The notes: generated from the letters alone by a model not told the origin. A DNA stretch of 64,000 bases from an uncultured virus (IMG/VR IMGVR_UViG_3300043446_000587) (IMGVR_UViG_3300043446_000587); one strand, 5' to 3'; counted from the first letter of the stretch, positions 19,032 to 28,993 are shown. Program-made: numbers and translations.

Positions 19032-19964
19032 TCAGGCAGAACCTGAAGAACCCCAGATACCCAGAGGGTCAGACCAGCCGAAGCTGTAACGCTCACGAGC
19101 CTTGTAACGCACGTTGCCGGTGTCAAAGTCACCGTCCATGCTGTTTTGCAAGGGGGTACGCACGAAGTGCTTCATGCCGTTAGGCACGTCGGTTGTCAAG
19201 AACCAAGCGTTGCTGTCTGTCAAGAAGTGGTTGACAGTGTAGCCTTCAGGGATTGCGCCCATCTGCTTGATTGCGTTGATGTCGTTGTCAGCGGTAGACA
19301 CGCGGAGTTCGGTGTCCAACAAACGCTTGGCAGTGAACATCAATGCTGGTGGGATCACCAACTTCTTGGGTTTAGCAGCGATCAACAGACCACGTTCGTC
19401 AGTCCAACCAGCGATCTGAATCACGGCGGCTTCCAAAGAAGTCTCGTTCAGGTCAACTTGAGTTGAGGGAGTGTTGCTGTTAGTGCCACCAGAAACCAAG
19501 GGGTGGTTAACCAAGGTGTTCGAGCTGTTGTAGCCGAACAATGACACACCGTCACCGCCCAAGTAGCCACCGTTGAAGCCGTTGTTCAAAACGGCAGCAG
19601 CTTTAACTTGTTTGGTGTAAGCCATAGCACGGGCCAAAGACTTGGTGTAACGAGCAGACAAGCTGTCGTACAAGTTATCTTCAATCGCTTCTTCAGTGAT
19701 TGAGAAACCCAAGGCGATGGTTTCGTGGTTATAGCGGGTGGACCATGCTTCTTGTGCATTGTCATACTGGATCGCTGAACCTTCGTTCTTGACTGGAGCA
19801 GCAGAGAAACCAGACAGTTTGGTTTCTTCTTCGAAGCTACGCTCAGAAGTTTCTGTTTCGTAGATTTCTTTGTGCTCTTCGCCGTAGCGAGCGTATTCCA
19901 TGCCGAACAAAGCGTTCAAGCCGGGGAGCAGTTCTTTAAGTAACTGTGCGCGTGAAATAGCCAT
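19032..19964 (-). CDS. Major capsid protein (Mu gpT-like, HK97 fold)
   Basis: MAISRAQLLKELLPGLNALFG, ITEEAIEDNLY, GDFDTGNVRYKARERYSFGWSD. Followed by a terminator. Confidence 0.9.
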   Translation of the reverse strand: MAISRAQLLKELLPGLNALFGMEYARYGEEHKEIYETETSERSFEEETKLSGFSAAPVKNEGSAIQYDNAQEAWSTRYNHETIALGFSITEEAIEDNLYDSLSARYTKSLARAMAYTKQVKAAAVLNNGFNGGYLGGDGVSLFGYNSSNTLVNHPLVSGGTNSNTPSTQVDLNETSLEAAVIQIAGWTDERGLLIAAKPKKLVIPPALMFTAKRLLDTELRVSTADNDINAIKQMGAIPEGYTVNHFLTDSNAWFLTTDVPNGMKHFVRTPLQNSMDGDFDTGNVRYKARERYSFGWSDPLGIWGSSGSA

Positions 19965-19974
19965 GTTTTACTCC

Positions 19975-20571
19975 TTAAACACCAGTAGTGTTGTTGTATT
20001 GGTGGGCGTTGATCTTCACCAACAACTCGGTGTAAACACCGGGAGCAGAGGCAGTTTGTTCAACAACGTCGATAACGCGCAATGGGATGGTGGCGGTAGT
20101 GCCAGCACCGGTCAATGTCACTGCAAAAGCAGAGTTGCCAGTAGTGGTAGAACCAGCGTTCAACACCAAGGGAACGTTAGAGCCAACGTCAGCGCGGCTT
20201 GCGGTGCCCATAGTAGTGCCGCTAGTCACGACAGCCACTTTGAACAAAGCTTGCTGGTCGTCGATCACATAGGCATAAGCGGGGTTAGCGCTTGTAGAAG
20301 CCAATGCGGGGATGTATTGACCTTGAACGGTTTGACCATTCGAGTTCACATACTGACCACCTGTGCACACACCAACAATGGTGCCAGCGTTAGTAGAGGT
20401 TGATTTAATCAGATAACCGGTGCTGTCAATCTGAACGGTATCACCATTGAAAATGGCGGTGCCGAAACCAGCAGCAACGGGAATCAGGCGAGTTTGCCCA
20501 GCATATGGCTTACCGTCAAGCGAATTGACGGCTTCGAGACCATAAGGGGCCGAAACGGTAGGAAATGCCAT
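19975..20571 (-). CDS. Capsid-associated (cement/decoration) protein
   Basis: APYGL..V...IFNGD.V pattern, immediately upstream of the MCP. Confidence 0.65.
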   Translation of the reverse strand: MAFPTVSAPYGLEAVNSLDGKPYAGQTRLIPVAAGFGTAIFNGDTVQIDSTGYLIKSTSTNAGTIVGVCTGGQYVNSNGQTVQGQYIPALASTSANPAYAYVIDDQQALFKVAVVTSGTTMGTASRADVGSNVPLVLNAGSTTTGNSAFAVTLTGAGTTATIPLRVIDVVEQTASAPGVYTELLVKINAHQYNNTTGV

Positions 20572-20588
20572 TTAAGACTCCAAAAAAT

Positions 20589-21047
20589 TTAAGAACCAGA
20601 ACCAAAGGACACTTTGCTGGACTTCTCTGCGAACAGAGGCATCCGGGCGTCACTTTGACGAAGAAAATTGTTATCCACCGATTCCATCTGAGCGCGGTTC
20701 TGATTGGCATAGTACTCAGCCTTCTGCTTCAGAAACTCTTCTGGAATGCGACAAAGTAACAGTCCACCCACTTCGATGTTTCCTTTGAAACGACCTTCAG
20801 TGGAGGCGTGCAACATAAGTTCGGGATAGTCCTCTGCTTTGCAGGGCTCAAATCCTTCACGCAACTTGCTGGAGATGTTAGACGGATCAGCTGTGCCCAT
20901 AGTCGAGGTACGAACCCAGCGATGTTGCCATCCGGGACGTGGATCAGGACTAGGTAACAACTCAGGTGGTCTCCAAGCTTGGGGACGCATCTGGGTCTTC
21001 TGGCGCGAACTCAGTTCACGATCTAGACGGTTTTGAGTTTCAGCCAT
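20589..21047 (-). CDS. Conserved head-module protein
   Basis: WRPPELLP.P...RWVR...GGLLLCRIP. Confidence 0.6.
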   Translation of the reverse strand: MAETQNRLDRELSSRQKTQMRPQAWRPPELLPSPDPRPGWQHRWVRTSTMGTADPSNISSKLREGFEPCKAEDYPELMLHASTEGRFKGNIEVGGLLLCRIPEEFLKQKAEYYANQNRAQMESVDNNFLRQSDARMPLFAEKSSKVSFGSGS

Positions 21048-21049
21048 TT

Positions 21050-22057
21050 TTATTCACCTCGTTTAAGTTGTGCAACCTGTTTCGCGTACAGTTCTATCGG
21101 AACCCCAAGTCTGCGAGCAATCGCAGCTTCGGATGCCTTTAATCGAACACGATTAGGCGGGGTGCTACGGGAAGCCGGGGCTACCACCGAAGCGGGTTTT
21201 GATGCACGGCGTGGAGGTTCATAATCCTCATCTGCCGGTTCAGCTCTTTTCTTTGGAGGCGGCTCGTCGTCCTCGTGGCTCTGAGAATCCTCGTCTTCGA
21301 AGAACTCAGGAAATCGTTTGCGCATTGTACGATCAATAGTTTCAAAGTATTCCTTTGAACCTACATATTCCGCACCATACTCCTTTTGGAGCTTCTTGTC
21401 AAGCCCCATCGCAGCCATTGTCATTTCTTCGTCCGACCCGAACCAATCATTGTTGGCTTCTAGCCACGCTTGCGTGCGGCGGGGTACGGGCGGCTTGGCA
21501 GGTTCAGGTCTAGCGCGGGTGTCCCATTCTTCCTCTTTGTGCTCGATGGGTTTCATCGTGTCAGCACGTTCGAGCTTGACGGTAGCCTTGGCAATCTCTT
21601 CCTGTGCCTCAACGATGGCGTCCGAGTCAGCAGCCTCGTATGCCTTCTTGTAGCGCTCTTTGGCTGCGCTCAATTCAGCTTCAGCCGCAGACTTGGAAGT
21701 CTCGATCAACACCTTACTGCCAGACGACAGCTGCTCCTTGAGACGTCTGTTTTCGTCAAGAATTTGTTTAGCGTAGGCTTCAGCCGCCTCGCGTTCACGC
21801 TCAGCCTGCTCCTTGGCACGACGCTCGTCGTGGTAGCCCTTGCTGAACTTCTTGATGCGACGCTCAGCCTGCTTGCTGTAGTTGTCTAGTTCTTCGTCGG
21901 TAACTTCTTTGATACGCTTTCTGATAGGAGGTTTGCCAGCGTGTTCGTCCGGCGGCGTATCGTCCTCAATCTCAATATCAAGTTGATTATCATCTTCGGG
22001 TTTACCCTTAGCTTCCTTTTCGTCAGGAAACTCAAATTCGTCTTTAATATCCGGCAT
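21050..22057 (-). CDS. Putative capsid scaffolding protein
   Basis: Acidic coiled-coil ending in ARRLGVP.E.YAKQ, located between portal and MCP. Confidence 0.65.
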   Translation of the reverse strand: MPDIKDEFEFPDEKEAKGKPEDDNQLDIEIEDDTPPDEHAGKPPIRKRIKEVTDEELDNYSKQAERRIKKFSKGYHDERRAKEQAEREREAAEAYAKQILDENRRLKEQLSSGSKVLIETSKSAAEAELSAAKERYKKAYEAADSDAIVEAQEEIAKATVKLERADTMKPIEHKEEEWDTRARPEPAKPPVPRRTQAWLEANNDWFGSDEEMTMAAMGLDKKLQKEYGAEYVGSKEYFETIDRTMRKRFPEFFEDEDSQSHEDDEPPPKKRAEPADEDYEPPRRASKPASVVAPASRSTPPNRVRLKASEAAIARRLGVPIELYAKQVAQLKRGE

Positions 22058-22067
22058 GTTTTACTCC

Positions 22068-22478
22068 TTACGATGCACGTGTGATACCACGGGGGTCTTC
22101 CACGACTGCTTCAACCGAGTCATCGTTGATGATGCGGAATTCACGGCCATGAATCTTCAGGCGGGTGCCTGAATTGGGTCGGACGATGATGAAATCACCT
22201 TCCTTGCAGCTAGGCCCACTTGGGAAGCGGGTAGCGTCTTTATAGGCATCGGGGCCCACCTTGACTACGAATAGCACGGGGGTGAGCATCTCTTCACGCC
22301 AGATGTCGCCAGCGGACTTCACAATCCCGATTTCACTGTCAGCGTACTCTTCCATCGCCTCGGGGACGACACAGAGCAAGTGAAATGTTTTAGGGTCAGG
22401 CAGTTGTTTCGCCTTCTCTTCGGCGCTCTTATTCAGCACGCCTGATAAGTCCACAGCGGACACGTCGAATTCACTCAT
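22068..22478 (-). CDS. GroES-like co-chaperonin
   Basis: VVKVGPDAY...CKEGDFI...SGTRLKIHG.EFRIINDDSVEAVV. Confidence 0.8.
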   Translation of the reverse strand: MSEFDVSAVDLSGVLNKSAEEKAKQLPDPKTFHLLCVVPEAMEEYADSEIGIVKSAGDIWREEMLTPVLFVVKVGPDAYKDATRFPSGPSCKEGDFIIVRPNSGTRLKIHGREFRIINDDSVEAVVEDPRGITRAS

Positions 22479-22669
22479 TCTTTTTCCAATCGTTGCACGA
22501 GGTCGTTAATGATTTGATCTGCGAGGTTAAGACCCCGGATTACCCCACAGACCTTTTTGTACTCTTCGTAAGAAGAAGCACGGTCGGTAGCAAGGAACTC
22601 CTGCTGCTCAAGCCGTGTCTTCTGAATTTCCTTTTGCACGTGTGCTAGCACACGGATTTCATCGCTCAC
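22475..22669 (-). CDS. Small conserved phage protein
   Basis: YEEYKKVCGVIRGL. Overlaps both portal and GroES. Confidence 0.6.
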   Translation of the reverse strand: MSDEIRVLAHVQKEIQKTRLEQQEFLATDRASSYEEYKKVCGVIRGLNLADQIINDLVQRLEKE

Positions 22670-25155
22670 TTATTCTCCTTTTTGGGTTGTTGTTTCTGAT
22701 TGCGCTGCTGTGCCATCTGCGCACGATGTTTGGCTGCATCAACTCCAATCTTGACGCCCTCCAACTCCATCTGCTTGGCCAGCTTGTCCTTGGCCGCAGC
22801 TGCGGTTGCGCTGACTTGCATAGCAGCGATTTCTTTCTGTGCAGCGATACGCTCTTCTTCCACACGGATGCGGTCGGCTTTTTCTGCTGCCTCGATCTGC
22901 TGCTTCTGTGCCTTGAGCTGCAACTCTTGTTGACGCAACTGCAACTCTTGCATCTGCATTTGAACCACAGGGTCTTGCATCTGTTGTTGAGCTTGCTGTT
23001 GAGCAGCTTGCTGCTGGTCGCGTTGGAGCAACTGTTGTGACGCTTGTGCTGCCATCATTGCGATCTGATCTGCTTGCTCTGGTGGGATGCGACGCTTCTG
23101 ACCTTCTGGAGTGTTCTTGTCTTCCATCGGTGGCAGTGGTGTGCCCATCATCTGTTCAATCTCAAGACGCATCTGGAACGCAACGTGCTCGTTGATGTGA
23201 GCCATTGCAGCAGACATGATCGCCTGCGCGTTGGGGTTCATCTGCATCATTTGCTGAATCTTGGGGTTCTGTATCGCGGCCATATGCACAGCAATGTGTG
23301 CTTGGTGGTTCTGCTCAACAAACGCCTTCACAGGTTTGCCAGTCAAGACATTCTGGTTCTCTTGCACAGGGTCGATGGGTTCAGCATCATCTTCAATCGG
23401 TACAAGCTTGGCAGCATTCTTGATACCCAACACTTCAATCATCTGACGATGCAACAAGGGCAGGTCATACAACTGAGGTGCAGTCTGAGCCAACTGAAGA
23501 ACCGCTTGATATGTAACGATCTTCTGCGCCATAGTCGCAGCGTTGGGATCAGACACGGGGATCACGTCCACCATGTCGTAGTCGCTCTTGCGCACTTGAC
23601 GGTTACCATCAACTGGGTCGTAGCTGTATTCTTCTGGACAGTAGTCAGCGATGATGGCCTTGAGCAGTTTGAATTCCTGCTTCATTGCAAAGTGCAAGCG
23701 TGCTTGTACAGCAGACATCACTTTCAATGTACGTTCCAACAACGCCAGAGTTGTACCAACAGGAGCTTGTGCGCTCATGTCGCTCACATTCAAATCGCCT
23801 GCCGAAGCGAACGCGCGGCCTTCTGACACGATCTGATTGAACAGCGTGAACAGAACCTGTGATGGCTCTTTGTATGGCAGTGGGAGAATGTTGTCGCGGA
23901 TAGAACCCGATGGGACGTCTACGTCCCTGAATTCTCCCGGTGCAATCGGCGTGTCATCACCTTTAACGCGAAGCCCCCGTGATTTAAGACCGCCGGGGAG
24001 ATTAGATAGAGTTCCCGCGTCCACCAGTTGACGGATAAGCATCGTGGCTGATTTGGTATATCCGCCGATGAGGTGGATAAGTCCGTAGCCGTAGAACCCG
24101 AATCCGGGCACGTACTGATAGTGGACGAAGTGTTGACGCTTTGTGTGTAATTTGTCTTCTTCATACCAATTCCTACGGATGGCGAGAATAGTGCTGGTGC
24201 CCTTCTCGATTGTCACAACGTATGGTAACGCAATGCCAGTCTGCTCGCCCTTCTTGTTTGTATGCTCAAACCCGGGCAGGTCCAAGTTCACATGCATCTC
24301 AAGTATGCGATAGCGGTCATCTTGTATGGCGCTCATGCCACCTTCTTCCGCCTTCTGCTTCTCGATGTCGTCCAAGTCATGGACTGGGTCACCCAACTCT
24401 ACATCACTGTAGAACCCAGCCTCCATCAACTTCAAGACCTCGTTCTCGGTCTTGCGCATCACATGAGTAATACGCTCGGCCTTCTCTAAATTAGACGCAC
24501 CGTATGGCACGACAATGTCCTCGGCGGGGATGAACATCGAGACCTGACGACCTTCGCTTGGGTCGTAGTACACCTTCTTGAACGCGCTACCTGCGAGTGG
24601 CAGAGCCCACAACATCTTCTCGTGCTCGTTGCGATACTCAGTCATCACCTCGGTGAGCTGATAGTTCATGTCCTCGCGCACGCGCGCGGCTGCCTCTTCA
24701 CGCAGCTTGTCGATGGCTCCAATGATCTGAGTCTTGACAGGCCCCATCGCTGGGAACGTCTCCATCATTGACTCTGACTGGAACCGCACAACTGACTCAG
24801 TCAACATGGGGTGAAACACGCCACAAGCCCCCTGCCAAGGCTCTGTACGCTCCTCATACTTCAGGCCCAACAACTTCAGCCCGTCGATGTATGCTTGTAT
24901 CCAGTCCTTGCGGTCAGACACGTCCTTGTCAAAGTCACCGATCAAATCTCCCGCTAGCTGCGCCAGCGCAGAGTCATCGAGTTGTTCAGCGAGGTTCTCG
25001 TTGAAGTCATCTTCTTCCTTGCCGATATCAACTTCAAACCCGGGGCCTGAGATACTTACCGCTTCGGGGTCCTCGATCTCAATTTCTATACCTTCTGGTT
25101 CCATTTCAGCAAGCTGACTTAAACCTTGAGGTGCTGCGTATAAACCTTTTTCCAT
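22666..25155 (-). CDS. Portal protein
   Basis: 829 aa after terL, with LPLAGSAFKKVYYD, GFYGYGLIH and a Q-rich coiled-coil tail. Confidence 0.85.
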   Translation of the reverse strand: MEKGLYAAPQGLSQLAEMEPEGIEIEIEDPEAVSISGPGFEVDIGKEEDDFNENLAEQLDDSALAQLAGDLIGDFDKDVSDRKDWIQAYIDGLKLLGLKYEERTEPWQGACGVFHPMLTESVVRFQSESMMETFPAMGPVKTQIIGAIDKLREEAAARVREDMNYQLTEVMTEYRNEHEKMLWALPLAGSAFKKVYYDPSEGRQVSMFIPAEDIVVPYGASNLEKAERITHVMRKTENEVLKLMEAGFYSDVELGDPVHDLDDIEKQKAEEGGMSAIQDDRYRILEMHVNLDLPGFEHTNKKGEQTGIALPYVVTIEKGTSTILAIRRNWYEEDKLHTKRQHFVHYQYVPGFGFYGYGLIHLIGGYTKSATMLIRQLVDAGTLSNLPGGLKSRGLRVKGDDTPIAPGEFRDVDVPSGSIRDNILPLPYKEPSQVLFTLFNQIVSEGRAFASAGDLNVSDMSAQAPVGTTLALLERTLKVMSAVQARLHFAMKQEFKLLKAIIADYCPEEYSYDPVDGNRQVRKSDYDMVDVIPVSDPNAATMAQKIVTYQAVLQLAQTAPQLYDLPLLHRQMIEVLGIKNAAKLVPIEDDAEPIDPVQENQNVLTGKPVKAFVEQNHQAHIAVHMAAIQNPKIQQMMQMNPNAQAIMSAAMAHINEHVAFQMRLEIEQMMGTPLPPMEDKNTPEGQKRRIPPEQADQIAMMAAQASQQLLQRDQQQAAQQQAQQQMQDPVVQMQMQELQLRQQELQLKAQKQQIEAAEKADRIRVEEERIAAQKEIAAMQVSATAAAAKDKLAKQMELEGVKIGVDAAKHRAQMAQQRNQKQQPKKENK

Positions 25156-25164
25156 GTCGTGTCC

Positions 25165-26682
25165 TTACACTGTGTAATACCGTTCACCACGGTGACTTTT
25201 AAACCATTGAATATCTTCTGGCTCATCTGTCGGCAGACGAATGAACCCGCCTTGTCTGAAGCGCAGTAGTGCTTGTGTTGTTGAGTCCACCAAGTCATCG
25301 TTCAGGCCAGCAGGGAAGTCATTACACTCCTCGATGACCTCGTGTGCCCAGCGCCTGTCAGGGGCCCACACCATCCCAGAAGAAAATAAGTCAGATACTG
25401 CGTTTACCCTGCTAATCTTATCCTGTCCCTTGCTCGGCGTAAACTCAGACACGGGCACGCCCATGCGTCTCAATTCTTGATACAGAGCAGCACCGTTACT
25501 CTTCTTCTCAACCACGAACGCATCTGGCTCCCAGTACTGATACTCCTCGAGCACCTTCTTCTTGAGTTCTGGAAACTCCATGCGTTTCTTGACGGCGTTG
25601 AGCAAGATGATGTTGTACGCCCCAGTCTTGTGGTGCTTGAACACACCCCACGTTGTTAGCGCGTTGTAGTCAGCTCGTGTGTTGGCTTCTTGTGCAGCGT
25701 CCAGACTCATGATGATGAACTCGCACGATGGCGGTGGGTCATCCTCTGGCCACATCTGCCACCACTCTCTCTTAATAAGAGCGCCTTCCTCAGACACGGG
25801 GTTCTGCATGTACTGGGCTTCCCAGTAGCGAATATCCATGCCTGCCTTCTTAGCAAGCAATTCTTCAATCGTCCAGAACTCACCCCACAGAGGCTTCTCG
25901 TTCAAGATGGCTGGGAACTCAACCACTTCCCACTGATCGACGCCTTCTTCACGTCCCATCTGCTGAATAATCTGACCAGTCAGGTCCAATTTAGACCATC
26001 TGGTCATCACGATAATAATTGCACCACCCGGCATAAGGCGCTGAATAGGGCCAGACTGGAACCACTCCCAAGCAGGAAGAAAAACATCGGGTCGCCCAGT
26101 TTTCGCCTCTTGTTCTGAATGTGGGTCATCAATGATAAACAGGTCAGCACCCCTACCAGCAAGAGCACCGCCAACACCAATTGCAAAGTATTCACCATTG
26201 AAGTTCGTCCCCCAGCGTGATGCTGACTTTGAGTCAGATTGCAGCTCTATTTGCGGAAAAATGTCTCGATACGCCTCTGAACCCACAAGGTTACGAACGC
26301 GGCGGCCAAAATTAACAGCCAAGTCCGCAGTGTGAGACGCCATAATGACCTTCTTTTGAGGGTACTTACCCAAGAACCACGCTGGTGCAAGATAGGAAAT
26401 GAGCTCAGACTTACCATGTCGTGGAGCAATATTAACGATGACTCGTTTTTTCTTGCCAGCTGCAATTTCTTCAAAAATTCGAGCCAAACGGCGATGGTGC
26501 GGACCAACTTTGTACCCCGGATAGACGTGATCGACGAAGGAAAGTAGCGAGTTTTTGCCAATTTCTTGGATTGTTTTACTGTCCCACTCGTCTAAAAGCT
26601 CCAAAATGCGCCGTTTTTCGTCCGCAGCAGCGTACGGAAGCAGCTTTTTGAGGCGATCAATCTGTTCTTGCGTCAGTTTCAC
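25165..26682 (-). CDS. terL: Terminase large subunit
   Basis: Walker A (IAPRHGKS), Walker B (IIDD), MTRW, and nuclease motifs SLD and DDLVDS. A GTG start is inferred. Confidence 0.93.
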   Translation of the reverse strand: MKLTQEQIDRLKKLLPYAAADEKRRILELLDEWDSKTIQEIGKNSLLSFVDHVYPGYKVGPHHRRLARIFEEIAAGKKKRVIVNIAPRHGKSELISYLAPAWFLGKYPQKKVIMASHTADLAVNFGRRVRNLVGSEAYRDIFPQIELQSDSKSASRWGTNFNGEYFAIGVGGALAGRGADLFIIDDPHSEQEAKTGRPDVFLPAWEWFQSGPIQRLMPGGAIIIVMTRWSKLDLTGQIIQQMGREEGVDQWEVVEFPAILNEKPLWGEFWTIEELLAKKAGMDIRYWEAQYMQNPVSEEGALIKREWWQMWPEDDPPPSCEFIIMSLDAAQEANTRADYNALTTWGVFKHHKTGAYNIILLNAVKKRMEFPELKKKVLEEYQYWEPDAFVVEKKSNGAALYQELRRMGVPVSEFTPSKGQDKISRVNAVSDLFSSGMVWAPDRRWAHEVIEECNDFPAGLNDDLVDSTTQALLRFRQGGFIRLPTDEPEDIQWFKSHRGERYYTV

Positions 26683-27232
26683 GTTTGATCTCCACCGCTT
26701 GCACGTCAATCGTGCGTTTTTCGAGTTTGGCTAGCTTCTCGAGCAGCTCTTCTTCGACTTCTTCGAGCGTTTGCACCTTGTGAGTGACTTCTGTACGCTT
26801 TTTGAAGGCGTCTACACCATCAACTTCACCAATAGCGCGTAATGCCGCAAGCCTTATTTTAGGGTTAGTGTCTGTGGACTCGGCAACGAGCTGATTTACC
26901 ACGTACTTTTTCAGTTCGGCCAGCTCTTGCACGATATAAGTGTCGTGCTGCGCGACCATCCCAGCGAGATATGCAAGGGTTGGGTTGTTGTACTTGGCAA
27001 GTTGGGGGGTGTTTGCGGGGTCGGAGAGGATGACTTGGGCAACTTTACGCGCTTCGTCTTTGTCAGCGTCGTCTGGAATGATGGGGTTGCCAGTCAAATC
27101 AGAGATCATCTTGATAGTGCGTACTCGCATATCAAGCTCTTCTTGTGGGGAAAGGTCGGGCATGGCCTCAGTGGCCGATGCGGGTAGCGGCAGTCCGCTG
27201 TCGATTTCAGGGGTGATGTAGTTATCCATCAA
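26657..27232 (-). CDS. Putative terminase small subunit
   Basis: Immediately upstream of and overlapping terL. Helical protein with RLAALRAIG. Confidence 0.6.
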   Translation of the reverse strand: MMDNYITPEIDSGLPLPASATEAMPDLSPQEELDMRVRTIKMISDLTGNPIIPDDADKDEARKVAQVILSDPANTPQLAKYNNPTLAYLAGMVAQHDTYIVQELAELKKYVVNQLVAESTDTNPKIRLAALRAIGEVDGVDAFKKRTEVTHKVQTLEEVEEELLEKLAKLEKRTIDVQAVEIKRETDARTD

Positions 27233-27255
27233 GGCACTTCAAAGAAGGAACCTGA

Positions 27256-27283
27256 AATGTACCACAGAAATATTTTTTTGCAA
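27256..27283 (-). promoter_or_regulatory. Candidate late-arm promoter
   Basis: TTGCAA-16 bp-TACATT with an extended -10 TG, upstream of terS. Confidence 0.45.
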
Positions 27284-27355
27284 TAGGGGAGGTGTAACTT
27301 CCCTACCGGGGGGTGTTTCCTAAAAACATCATTCACTACGCTCATGAAGAAAAAG

Positions 27356-27375
27356 AGGCCCCCCTAGGGGGGCCT
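27356..27375. repeat. Perfect 20-bp palindrome AGGCCCCCCTAGGGGGGCCT
   Basis: Read directly in the divergent intergenic region. Confidence 0.9.
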
Positions 27376-27550
27376 AACTCAGAGAGGAGAAACCGCAACT
27401 GCGGCTTGGTGATGATACAGGAGTTTGGAAAAGTGTGGGATTATTTGTGCGGAATAGGGTGTATGGGGTGGAGTGGGTCCCATCTAGCCGTTTCGGGGGG
27501 TGGGGGTCATGGGGGAACTGGCTTCTGGGAAATTGAAGACCACACCCCAT

Positions 27551-27609
27551 AACTTGACTTATAATAGAGCCAATGCCAAGGCAGACACAAGTCAGAAGAC
27601 CTAGGCAGA
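27551..27609 (+). repeat. Early promoter/leader repeat, copy 1
   Basis: Near-identical to 28410..28469 and includes TATAAT. Confidence 0.9.
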
Positions 27610-27626
27610 CAACAAAGGGGAATGCA

Positions 27627-27836
27627 ATGAAAGCGTTCACACTGGTTTATTCAGGGACTAACCAACCCGTAGTTAAGGGCGACCTGTTCAAAGTAGGCGG
27701 CAAGACCTACACATACATGGGCGATTGGGACATCGTTGATGTGGTTCAGGGTATTGGATTGGCTATCGTCGATACAGACTTGGGCATAGTCGAGGCGCAC
27801 CACATCGGTGTTGAGTTGGCTTACGCAGGGGAATGA
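27627..27836 (+). CDS. Early hypothetical protein
   Basis: MKAFTLV start after an AAGGGG RBS. Confidence 0.6.
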   Translation: MKAFTLVYSGTNQPVVKGDLFKVGGKTYTYMGDWDIVDVVQGIGLAIVDTDLGIVEAHHIGVELAYAGE

Positions 27837-27837
27837 C

Positions 27838-28074
27838 ATGAAAGCTAAGACCATTCCTCAAACACTCAAAGAGTTCATCGCACAAGATCAGTTCAATGCG
27901 TTGTTTGTTTATACAGCTCTCAATCGCTACGCTGAACATGTCATGACACTTCGCCCAGAAGATCACGAACGATCAGTAATCAGTCTTAACTTGGTGCAAG
28001 AAATTGCCAAAGACTGGCAACAGATGACACAAGAACCAATCAAAGCCAAGATTGGCGAAGCTCAGAAAATCTAA
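27838..28074 (+). CDS. Early hypothetical protein
   Basis: MKAKTIP start right after the previous stop. Followed by hairpin 28080..28099. Confidence 0.6.
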   Translation: MKAKTIPQTLKEFIAQDQFNALFVYTALNRYAEHVMTLRPEDHERSVISLNLVQEIAKDWQQMTQEPIKAKIGEAQKI

Positions 28075-28118
28075 ACCAAGGCGGGGCGCAAGCCCCGCCA
28101 CTCAGAAAGGAAATCAAA

Positions 28119-28310
28119 ATGATTAAGAATGTAATTAACACACTCACTGGCATGATTATCGGTATGTTGTTCATGTCCATGTTCTATTGCCAACAGCTTG
28201 GCATCACATCAGGACCGATGTACATCGGTTGGGATACAGCGGCATTCACACTCGGCGGCGTCATCGCTATGCGTCTCTTGGTGTGGCTCGACCCATCGTT
28301 CGCTGACTAA
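28119..28310 (+). CDS. Small two-TM membrane protein
   Basis: AAGGA RBS and two hydrophobic segments. Confidence 0.6.
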   Translation: MIKNVINTLTGMIIGMLFMSMFYCQQLGITSGPMYIGWDTAAFTLGGVIAMRLLVWLDPSFAD

Positions 28311-28330
28311 TCATTGGGGCTCACGCCCCT

Positions 28331-28353
28331 TTGAGACCAGTTATTAGTTCTCG
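28331..28353 (+). repeat. 23-bp intergenic repeat, copy 1
   Basis: TTGAGACCAGTTATTAGTTCTCG, with other copies at 29006 and 29910. Confidence 0.85.
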
Positions 28354-28409
28354 AGTGAGCAAGCCTCCAAGCGGCCAAGCGTGCGCTCAAGCGTGTTGTG
28401 AGCCACCGA

Positions 28410-28469
28410 AACTTTACTTATAATAGAGCCAATGCCAAGGCAGACACGAAGTCAGAAGACCTAGGCAGA
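28410..28469 (+). repeat. Early promoter/leader repeat, copy 2
   Basis: TTGTGA(28396)-17-TATAAT(28419). One mismatch and one indel relative to copy 1. Confidence 0.9.
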
Positions 28470-28488
28470 TTACAGAGGAAACTCAAAA

Positions 28489-28947
28489 ATGCAAAAACGC
28501 AAAACAAACCCTTTTATTCAGTCCTTGAATAGCGCTATCAGCACTGCAAAGCGCAAGGCCCGTGACGAATACGAAACCGCAAAGCATGCGGCAAATAAGC
28601 GCTTGGAGTGGAGAGCCAAGTACGCTAGCATCTTCAAGAGCGTCAGTCCTGACACTCTGTCGATTTCGCTCTATTCGCATGGTATGACGGCCTATGTATT
28701 CTTGAATGAGCTTGATTCTTTCAAGGATGAGCGCTTGACCACATTGTTGTCTGCCATCTATGAGCACACAAACTATATTGAAGAGCGTGATTATGCGGCT
28801 TGTTTCAACAAGGACTATATCGCTAATCTTGAAGGCTTGGAAATTCGTGTAGCGGCCTATGTCAAGTCTGACAGCCCAAACTGCTTCAGGGTTCAAGTGG
28901 GGACTGAGGTTCGTGAAGTTCCCAAGTACCAAATGGTCTGCAACTAA
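28489..28947 (+). CDS. Early hypothetical protein
   Basis: GAGGA RBS, 152 aa, followed by a terminator. Confidence 0.65.
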   Translation: MQKRKTNPFIQSLNSAISTAKRKARDEYETAKHAANKRLEWRAKYASIFKSVSPDTLSISLYSHGMTAYVFLNELDSFKDERLTTLLSAIYEHTNYIEERDYAACFNKDYIANLEGLEIRVAAYVKSDSPNCFRVQVGTEVREVPKYQMVCN

Positions 28948-28962
28948 TCAGACCGCCAATAG

Positions 28963-28993
28963 CTCAGCCCTTCGGGGCTGGGTTATTTTTTTT
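28963..28993 (+). terminator. Intrinsic terminator
   Basis: CTCAGCCC-TTCG-GGGCTGGG followed by a T-tract. Confidence 0.85.
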
